The position numbers and the translations under genes are program-made. DNA of 37,917 bases, from the IMG/VR virus record IMGVR_UViG_3300045988_120875, positions 1-37,917 of that record, one strand, 5' to 3'. The notes beneath the pieces were generated by a model. The model was not told where the DNA came from and searched no databases. It saw only the letters and a program-made list of their open reading frames with translations. Within the stretch, counting starts at the first letter, position 1. Each line of letters begins with the position of its first letter. The DNA is from a virus. Shown piece after piece: positions 22,454-29,837 of the stretch.

Positions 22454-24127
22454 ATGAGCAAACAGACGATGACCCCGGAGCGGGTCGGTAAGGAATACAA
22501 CGCGGGTATCAGCTTCAACAGCGGTATTGACCTCTATGACTGCGTGGAGACCAACGAAAATTTCTTCATAGGGAAGCAGTGGGAGGGTGTGCAAAGCAAC
22601 GGCCTCCCCACCCCCGTATTCAACTTTTTGAAGCGGGTGGTTTTGTTCTCCGTGGCGAATATCTCCACGGACAACTTGAAGCTGTGGGCGCGGGCCATGT
22701 CCTCCAGCGGGGAGCGGAACACGCAGACTTTGGAGCTGGTGGCCGACATTCTCAACGATCAGTTCGCGTCCATCTCTGAGCACAACAGTCTCGGCGGGCG
22801 CATCCGGGAGTACACCCGCAACGCCGCCGTGGACGGTGACGGCTGTATGTATACCTACTGGGACGATACGGCGGAGACCGGACAGGCCAGCAAGGGGGCC
22901 ATCCGCACGGAAGTTTTGATGAACACGCAGGTTTTGTTCGGCAACCCCAACAACCGGGACGTGCAGAGCCAGCCTTACATCATTCTGGAACGGCGAATGC
23001 TGCTGAGTGAGGCCCGGAAGCGGGCCAAGCGGTACGGCAAGGACCCCGACGAGATCCAGCCGGACAACAAGGACTGCGGCAACAACTACATGGATTCCAT
23101 GAGCGGCAGCGGGAACAAGGTGACGGTGCTGCTTCGGCTGTGGAAGGATGACGAGACCGGCACCGTCCACGCCTACGAGTGCACCCGGCAGGCGGAGATC
23201 CGGGGCGATCTGGACCTCGGCATCAAGCTGTATCCCCTGACGTGGATGAACTGGGACTATGTGCAGGACTGCTATCACGGACAGGCCATGATTACCGGCC
23301 TGCTGCCTAACCAGATCTTTGTCAATAAGCTGTTCGCCATGTCCATGATCTCCCTCATGACGCTGGCCTATCCGAAGGTGGTATACGATTCCACCAAGGT
23401 AGCCAAGTGGACAAACAAGATCGGCGGGGCCATTCCGGTAAACGGCAGCGTGGAGGGCGTGGCGAAGATTATTGACCCCGCCAGCATCTCCCCTCAGATC
23501 AGCCAGTTTATCGACATTGCCATCAGCTACACGCAGAAGTTCCTCGGCGCATCGGACGTGGCGCTGGGCGATACCCGCCCGGACAACACCTCCGCCATTA
23601 TCGCCTTGCAGCGGGCGGCGGCAACGCCTATGGAGCTGACGAAGCAGAACCTCTTGCAGAGCATTGAGGATCTGGGCCGCATCTACATGGAGTTCATGGG
23701 TGAATACTACGGAGAGCGGTATGTGGAGATCTCCAACCCCTATGACAACAGCAAATTGGTAGTTCCCTTTGACTTCTCCATCCTGAAGGAGATTCCCTTC
23801 ACCATCGGACTGGACGCGGGCGCGGCTTCCTACTGGAGCGAGATCGCCGCCATGCAGACCTTGGACAATCTGCTGATGCAGGGCAAGATCTCCACGGTGG
23901 AATATCTGAAGCGTCTGCCCGCCGGACAGATCACCGACAAGGAGGCGCTGATCCAAGCCCTCCAGCAGCAGGAACGTGCCATGATGGGCGGTCAGCCGGG
24001 AGCAGAGGGCGAACAGCCTGTTGCCGAAGAGGGAGCCGTCCCCATTCGGGGCGGGGCCGGATACGGCCAGTTGCAGAGGAAGATCAACGAGACCGGCGAA
24101 GTGCCGAAAACGGAGGTAGGTGCTTAA
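22454..24127 (+). CDS. Portal protein
   Basis: 557 aa with the N-terminal ENFFIGKQW motif typical of portal families. Size and position also fit. Confidence 0.65.
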   Translation: MSKQTMTPERVGKEYNAGISFNSGIDLYDCVETNENFFIGKQWEGVQSNGLPTPVFNFLKRVVLFSVANISTDNLKLWARAMSSSGERNTQTLELVADILNDQFASISEHNSLGGRIREYTRNAAVDGDGCMYTYWDDTAETGQASKGAIRTEVLMNTQVLFGNPNNRDVQSQPYIILERRMLLSEARKRAKRYGKDPDEIQPDNKDCGNNYMDSMSGSGNKVTVLLRLWKDDETGTVHAYECTRQAEIRGDLDLGIKLYPLTWMNWDYVQDCYHGQAMITGLLPNQIFVNKLFAMSMISLMTLAYPKVVYDSTKVAKWTNKIGGAIPVNGSVEGVAKIIDPASISPQISQFIDIAISYTQKFLGASDVALGDTRPDNTSAIIALQRAAATPMELTKQNLLQSIEDLGRIYMEFMGEYYGERYVEISNPYDNSKLVVPFDFSILKEIPFTIGLDAGAASYWSEIAAMQTLDNLLMQGKISTVEYLKRLPAGQITDKEALIQALQQQERAMMGGQPGAEGEQPVAEEGAVPIRGGAGYGQLQRKINETGEVPKTEVGA

Positions 24128-25687
24128 ATGGAGAAACGATTGACAGCGGATCTGAACGTGGTAGCCAACTCCAATCTGGAAATCCAACTGCTGGACGGCG
24201 ATCTGAACATCATTCAAAAGCTGGACGATGAGCCGAACGACGTGGGCGGTCTGACCAGTGCGGAGCTGAAAGCCAAGTTTGACGAATCCGGCAACATCAT
24301 CAAGAAGTACATCAACGAGACCCTGATCCCGGCGGTTCTGACGGATGACGCCACAGAAGAAAGCCGCAAGCAGGCGGAGGCGGCGCGGGTCGCGGCAGAG
24401 CAGGGGCGCGTGACCGCCGAGGAAGGCCGGGTATCTGCGGAAACGGCACGGGCAGCGGCGGAGCAAGCCCGGTCCGAGGCCGAATCCTCCCGCGTGTCCG
24501 CCGAAAACGCGAGAGAGGCGGCGGAGACGGCCAGAGCCGACGAAACAGCCGGTATCGTAGCCCGGGCAACGGCACAGGCCAATGCGGCGGCGGGCAGCGC
24601 GTCCCAAGCCGCAGGCAGCGAGCAGAGCGCCAAGGATGCGGCTGGTACGGCAACCGGCGCGGCAAACTCCGCCAGCCAGTCGGCGGCAGCGGCATCCGGC
24701 TCCGCGTCTCAGGCCAGCGCAGCAGCGGCAGCGGCGGCGCAGAGTGCGGCAAACGGAGAGACCGCCAATAAGAGCGCCCAAAGCTGGGCGGTGGGCGGAA
24801 CCGGGACCCGCCCCGGCGAGGACACGAACAACGCCAAGTATTGGGCAGAGCATGCGGAGGCAGTTGCAGGCGGTGACTTTGCTACAAAAGTGGAGGCGCA
24901 GGGCTATGTAACGGCGCATAACGAGAGCAAAAACGCACACCACGACCTCCGGGTTGCGGTAGCCGGTTCCATCCGCTACGACGCGGCCCAGAGCCTCACC
25001 GACGCGCAGAAGGTGCAGGCGAGGGGAAATATCAACGCCGCCCCCGGCGGGTTTGGGTTCGGTGGAGAACCTATAAAGACAGTAAGCGCAACAAGCAAAG
25101 ACGAAACCTATGAGTCGTTTTGCGCAAGGCTCGATGAGGTTATGTCCGAAATGCCAAACAACTCTGTAAAGTTATTGCATGTGTACCCTCCACAGATATA
25201 CGGGAAATCATCTTCCACATGCTCGATTGTTTTCCAGCATACAGACGGGTATTGCGGTGTTTACAATATTGGAATGCCCGACCCTACATGTTCTCAATGG
25301 CGAATGATTAAGGTTGCCGGCGTGTGGCAACCGTTTGAGTGGATCAACCCTCCCATGGAGTTGGACACTGAGTACCGTACTACGGAGCGATACTTGGGTA
25401 AGCCAGTATACACGAAGATCAAGCAGTTCGATAATTTAAGCACAAGCCAGATGTATTCGCCCGGCGGCAGTATCATCCGATTTAGCGGAGAAACCCAGTG
25501 GCCCTATGATGATAGCGGGCGATGGGTCCCGCAGATTGTTAGCCGATTACCCAAAGAAGAACTCAAGGGCGATTTTCCCAGTATTGACTTCGGTGCGAAC
25601 TATAATTTTACAATCCGCATTCTGCTGACCACAAACTCAAAAAGCCTTGGAAAGAGTGCCCGCGTGCAAATGTGGTATACAAAGTAG
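24128..25687 (+). CDS. Tail fibre / receptor-binding protein
   Basis: Long Ala/Ser/Glu heptad-like fibre repeats (AEAARVAAEQGRVTAEEGRVSAETARAAAEQARSEAESSRVSAENAREAAE..., SASQAAGSEQSAKDAAGTATGAANSASQSAAAASGSASQAS). These are followed by a distinct low-GC C-terminal domain. Confidence 0.7.
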   Translation: MEKRLTADLNVVANSNLEIQLLDGDLNIIQKLDDEPNDVGGLTSAELKAKFDESGNIIKKYINETLIPAVLTDDATEESRKQAEAARVAAEQGRVTAEEGRVSAETARAAAEQARSEAESSRVSAENAREAAETARADETAGIVARATAQANAAAGSASQAAGSEQSAKDAAGTATGAANSASQSAAAASGSASQASAAAAAAAQSAANGETANKSAQSWAVGGTGTRPGEDTNNAKYWAEHAEAVAGGDFATKVEAQGYVTAHNESKNAHHDLRVAVAGSIRYDAAQSLTDAQKVQARGNINAAPGGFGFGGEPIKTVSATSKDETYESFCARLDEVMSEMPNNSVKLLHVYPPQIYGKSSSTCSIVFQHTDGYCGVYNIGMPDPTCSQWRMIKVAGVWQPFEWINPPMELDTEYRTTERYLGKPVYTKIKQFDNLSTSQMYSPGGSIIRFSGETQWPYDDSGRWVPQIVSRLPKEELKGDFPSIDFGANYNFTIRILLTTNSKSLGKSARVQMWYTK

Positions 25688-25695
25688 GTGACTCT

Positions 25696-25785
25696 ATGGA
25701 AAACACCTGCGTATGCTGTGGGGCTATCATCCCGGAGGGCTTACAGGTCTGCCCAATCTGTCAACGAACGTGGCCCGAATTTTAA
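25696..25785 (+). CDS. 29-aa CxxC..CxxC zinc-ribbon micro-protein
   Basis: Hand translation gives MENTCVCCGAIIPEGLQVCPICQRTWPEF. It is below the ORF-track cutoff and its RBS is weak. Confidence 0.35.
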   Translation: MENTCVCCGAIIPEGLQVCPICQRTWPEF

Positions 25786-25787
25786 CC

Positions 25788-25837
25788 TGCACGAAACCAA
25801 GTCGGACTTTTGACTTGCACGAAAGCAAGTCGGATTT
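25788..25837 (+). repeat. Two direct repeats TGCACGAAA(C/G)CAAGTCGGA(C)TTT, period 28 bp
   Basis: Copies at 25788..25810 and 25816..25837. They contain the overlapping inverted repeats CAAGTC/GACTTG and CTTGC/GCAAG. Confidence 0.7.
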
Positions 25838-25891
25838 ATTTAATTTAAAACGGTTGCACAGACAACCGAAAAAATGAAAGGGGTATACATC

Positions 25892-26278
25892 ATGGAAAAG
25901 AAGTTTGCTGAGATCATCAACGAGGGCTGCAAGAGCCGCAAGACCATCTCGGCCATCAATGCCGAGCTGAAGGCGGCGGGGGCCAATTTCCACCTGAACC
26001 CGTTCGGCGCACCTGTGGATGGCTGGACCGAGGCTGAGATGGCCGAGGGCTTTGTCCATGCGGAGGATGACCGGAAGGATAACCTGTACGGAATCGCCAG
26101 CGACGGCAAACCCATCCGCTTTTCCCACAAGGCACCGGGCGGTGGGGTATACAGCACCGCCATTCCCGTGATGGATCGGGACGAAAGCCGTGCCGGTACT
26201 GTCATCACCGTGGGCCACTGGAAGCTGGGCTATGACAGCCGGGGCTACTGCTACAGCCGGATGAACCTGGGAAAATGA
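25892..26278 (+). CDS. Hypothetical protein
   Basis: The ATG at 25892 (AAAGGGG RBS) is preferred over 25874. Confidence 0.5.
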   Translation: MEKKFAEIINEGCKSRKTISAINAELKAAGANFHLNPFGAPVDGWTEAEMAEGFVHAEDDRKDNLYGIASDGKPIRFSHKAPGGGVYSTAIPVMDRDESRAGTVITVGHWKLGYDSRGYCYSRMNLGK

Positions 26279-26309
26279 ATGTGCGGGTTACACCGAAAGG
26301 AGGGACACT

Positions 26310-26765
26310 ATGAACGCTTTACACATCAAAAATACGGTGTTGGCGGTGCTGGCTGTGGCTGGCTCCGCCATCGCCCAGGCACTGGGAGGCTGGGACGTGG
26401 CGCTCAAAGTTCTGATCTGCTTTATGGCGCTGGACTACGTCACCGTCTGGCTGGTGGCAGCGATCTGGCACAAGTCCGGCAAGAGCAAAACCGGGGCGCT
26501 GAGTTCCGACGCCGGGTTCAAGGGGCTGGCGAAGAAGTGCGTCATGCTGGCGCTGGTATGGATGGGGGCATTATTGGATCAGGCCACATCCAGCGACTTT
26601 GCCCGTGACGCAGTGTGTATGTTCTTTATTGCCAACGAGGGATTGTCGATTTTGGAGAATACGGCAGTAATGGGGATCCCCTACCCCGCCTTTATTAAAA
26701 ATATGCTGGATGCCATTCGTCAGGCCAGCGATCAGGGGAAACAAAATACGGAGGCTCACACATGA
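26310..26765 (+). CDS. Holin (Phage_holin_4_1 / TcdE-like family)
   Basis: Multiple TM segments, DYVTVW...K..K.GALSSDAGFKGLAKK and FIANEGLSILEN..VMGIPYP motifs. It lies directly upstream of the endolysin. RBS is AAAGGAGGG. Confidence 0.85.
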   Translation: MNALHIKNTVLAVLAVAGSAIAQALGGWDVALKVLICFMALDYVTVWLVAAIWHKSGKSKTGALSSDAGFKGLAKKCVMLALVWMGALLDQATSSDFARDAVCMFFIANEGLSILENTAVMGIPYPAFIKNMLDAIRQASDQGKQNTEAHT

Positions 26766-27787
26766 GCACGAGAGCGGGCACCGTCCCGCTCTCCGATCTC
26801 CAATTTTTGAAGATCTATTTCAACCGGAAGCGTCTCCGCTCCACCACGGCCAACCTGAAAAAGATGCTGGCGGAGGCGGGCGGGGACGCTATCTGCAATG
26901 GCTCCATTTTCCTGCGGAACCAGACACCGGCCTGCCATTTAAAGGCAGACGGTAAGGTCTACAAGGCCCCCAATTACCGGGCGTGGGCCATCAGCTGGGA
27001 CACCCCGGCGGATTTCGGCGTGAAAACCGTGCCCAACGGGGACCGGAATTATATGGAGTGCGTCCACCTCATCATCGGCGGGAAGAAGATCAGCCCCGTC
27101 ACCTGCGGAGCGGATATGCGCTACCGTGCGCCACGGACGGCTATCGGCACCAAGAACGGGCGGTTCGCCTACTATGTGAGCAAGAACCGGCGGACACCGG
27201 AACAGCTTCGTGACCTGCTGGCCGCGTCCGGCTGGGACAACGCCATTATGATGGACGGCGGCGGGTCTACCTGCTTCATGGATTCGACAGGCAAAGGCTT
27301 TACCGGGGACGGACGGGTGATCCCGTTCTTCCTCGTGTGGAAAAAGAAAAGTGGGGATGCATACGAGCCGGAAGGAGAGAAACCTATGGTCGAGATCAAC
27401 GCCTATTCCAAGGCGAAGGACGGCGATAAGAAGCTGTCTACAAACTTTAAAGTGAAAGAATTTGCCAGCAAGGACGGCTCCGACGCCGTACTGGTGGCGC
27501 CCCGGCTGGTGATGGTGCTCCAGAGCCTCCGCAGTCACTTTTGTGCGGCTGTGACCATCAACAGCGGGTACCGGACGCCCCAGTACAACGCCAAGGTGGG
27601 CGGCGTGACGGACAGCCAGCACTGCTACGGCACGGCGGCTGACATTGTGGTACGGGGCAAGACCCCGGCGCAGGTGGCGGCTTATGCACGGCAGCTGATG
27701 CCAGACTGGGGCGGCGTGGGCGTATACAGTCAGAAGGGCTTCACGCACATCGACGTGCGGGAGACCCGTGCCGACTGGAACGGATAA
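26762..27787 (+). CDS. Two-domain endolysin: N-terminal phosphodiester-glycosidase (NAGPA/DUF2233-like) plus C-terminal peptidase M15A
   Basis: N-terminal half: RTAIGTKNGRF...EQLRDLLAASGWDNAIMMDGGGST. C-terminal half: FKVKEF...INSGYRTPQYNAKVGGVTDSQHCYGTAADI (zinc D,D-peptidase motif). Confidence 0.8.
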   Translation: MSTRAGTVPLSDLQFLKIYFNRKRLRSTTANLKKMLAEAGGDAICNGSIFLRNQTPACHLKADGKVYKAPNYRAWAISWDTPADFGVKTVPNGDRNYMECVHLIIGGKKISPVTCGADMRYRAPRTAIGTKNGRFAYYVSKNRRTPEQLRDLLAASGWDNAIMMDGGGSTCFMDSTGKGFTGDGRVIPFFLVWKKKSGDAYEPEGEKPMVEINAYSKAKDGDKKLSTNFKVKEFASKDGSDAVLVAPRLVMVLQSLRSHFCAAVTINSGYRTPQYNAKVGGVTDSQHCYGTAADIVVRGKTPAQVAAYARQLMPDWGGVGVYSQKGFTHIDVRETRADWNG

Positions 27788-27799
27788 GGAGGGCCAAGT

Positions 27800-29833
27800 A
27801 TGGCAGTTTCTGAATACGATAAGAAAAACCTATCCCAGAAGGACCAAGACCGCATTGCGGATGTAACGTCCAAAGCACAGCGGGGCGAAATGTCGTGGGC
27901 TGACGCTCACAAGGCGGCAGAAAGCATCCGTGGCAATGCCGGATATTCCGGCGGACGGTATGGAAACGAATATAACAACGACCGGGGAAACAGTTCCTCC
28001 GGCAGTGGGAGCGGCGGTTCCTCTGGCGGTAACAGCAAAGGGACATATTGGGGTGTAGAGTATGACCGCAGTAACAGCGGAAGCGGCATTTACGGCGTAC
28101 CGACCAGCAACTCCGAGGTAAAGAACTACAAGCAGGGCGGTGTGACTTATCAGGTAGGGCCTGATATGAGCCGCCGTGAGGATCTGGCGGGGCGCATACT
28201 GATTTCTAACGGATATACTGTGTTCTATGACAAAGACGGCTACGCCTACAAGGCGTCCAAAGGCGTGGCAGACTACACCCCCCATCAGGACATCAACGCC
28301 GGGAACGGCAGTTACGGCAAAAGCGGCGCGTGGACAGACAATGAGATGATGTCCGCACTGGACCGCTCCAAGATTCAGGACATCCGCAACCGCCTGCAAC
28401 GGGGTGAGATTACCGGCGATCAGGCCAACCAGGCGGCAAATGCCATTCGCGCCGGATACGGCTACACCATTGACAAGAACGGCTATGTGACGGACAGCGG
28501 TGCACTTTCTTCCGTGAACGATCTGCGGCGGCGGCTGGGCTTTTCAACCAGCCCGGAGAGCGCAGAACTGAACTATTACCGCTATCTCATGGGAACGGAC
28601 ACCTCCCCCACCGCACAGGTCAACGGCAAGGTGCAGTCCTTTGGCGATTTCATGGCGGCGAATGGCGGCGCACAGGCCGGTACACCCGGCTACGGGACCC
28701 CGGCATACAGCCAGCAGCAGCGGGTCACGGATATTAACGCAGGCAGTACCCCGGCGAGCAATTTCACGGCGCAGGCCGGAACGAGCTTTGACATTGGGGA
28801 CGGCAACGACTATCTGAAAGAGCTGTACGCCAAGAAGGTGGCGGCAGAGCTGGCGGCGCTGAAATCTGCCTACGAACAGAACACTGCCACGCTGGATGCC
28901 AGCCGTGCGCAGATCGAGCCGGTATACGACATTGCCCGGAACAGTGCGGCCAACCAGAACGCTTTGAGCCGGGGCGCGTTTCAGGAGATGGCGGTGGCAA
29001 ACGGCCTGAACACCGGCACCACCGGACAGGCGGCGCTGGCACAGGACGTTGTGCTTCAGCAGAACCTCTCTCAGATCGACCGGGAGCAGGCGGAAAAGAC
29101 GGCGGCGATCGACCTCCAGCGGAGCCAGCTTGACACGGAGTACCGGAACGCCATTGCCAAGGCAGAGGCCACAGGAGACGCGGAGCTGGCAAACGCCCTG
29201 TATGAGGAATACGTCCGGCAGCAGAATCTCTACGCCAAGTACGGCGGGCAGACCGGCGGCTCCGGCTCCGGTTCTTCCGGCGGCAACACCGTTGTAAAGC
29301 CGACGCTAACCGCCAGTCAGGTGCAGTCTGCCCTGAAAAACGGTATCGTGACGGATGACGTGATCTCCGCCTTTGATTATTACTATGGGCAGGGGGCCTA
29401 CGATTCCCTGTACGGCACCGGCAGGTTGACGGCGGGGACAACCGGCACTGCCAAAACCGGCAGCAGCACCGGCAAAAAGAAGGGAAGCTATTCCAACGGT
29501 TCCCTGACCAATCAGCAGGTGAAGCAGCTCCAGAAATACTACGGCGTGTCTCAGGACGGCAAGTGGGGGGCCAACTCCAAGAAGGCCGCGGGCGGCCTGA
29601 CGGCTGATCAGGCGTGGGCGAAGTATCAGGGCGGCGGCAGCAGCGGCGGCAAGTATGAAAACGTCGGCAACCTTGCTGCATGGGCGTCCGGCCTGAATAC
29701 GGACCTGAAGAACGGCAACACCGAAAAGGTGGGCCGGTGGCTGGATAACAACTGGTCTAAGCTGACGGCAGAGCAGCAGCGTCGAATCAACGCAGAAGTT
29801 TTGAAGCCTTACGGCATTGTTTACAAGGGGTGA
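27800..29833 (+). CDS. 677-aa virion-associated protein with Gly/Ser linkers and a C-terminal peptidoglycan-binding (PG_binding_1-like) domain
   Basis: The C-terminal LTNQQVKQLQKYYGVSQDGKWGANSKKA is a PG_binding_1 signature. RBS is AAGGAGGG. Confidence 0.6.
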   Translation: MAVSEYDKKNLSQKDQDRIADVTSKAQRGEMSWADAHKAAESIRGNAGYSGGRYGNEYNNDRGNSSSGSGSGGSSGGNSKGTYWGVEYDRSNSGSGIYGVPTSNSEVKNYKQGGVTYQVGPDMSRREDLAGRILISNGYTVFYDKDGYAYKASKGVADYTPHQDINAGNGSYGKSGAWTDNEMMSALDRSKIQDIRNRLQRGEITGDQANQAANAIRAGYGYTIDKNGYVTDSGALSSVNDLRRRLGFSTSPESAELNYYRYLMGTDTSPTAQVNGKVQSFGDFMAANGGAQAGTPGYGTPAYSQQQRVTDINAGSTPASNFTAQAGTSFDIGDGNDYLKELYAKKVAAELAALKSAYEQNTATLDASRAQIEPVYDIARNSAANQNALSRGAFQEMAVANGLNTGTTGQAALAQDVVLQQNLSQIDREQAEKTAAIDLQRSQLDTEYRNAIAKAEATGDAELANALYEEYVRQQNLYAKYGGQTGGSGSGSSGGNTVVKPTLTASQVQSALKNGIVTDDVISAFDYYYGQGAYDSLYGTGRLTAGTTGTAKTGSSTGKKKGSYSNGSLTNQQVKQLQKYYGVSQDGKWGANSKKAAGGLTADQAWAKYQGGGSSGGKYENVGNLAAWASGLNTDLKNGNTEKVGRWLDNNWSKLTAEQQRRINAEVLKPYGIVYKG

Positions 29834-29837
29834 CAGT

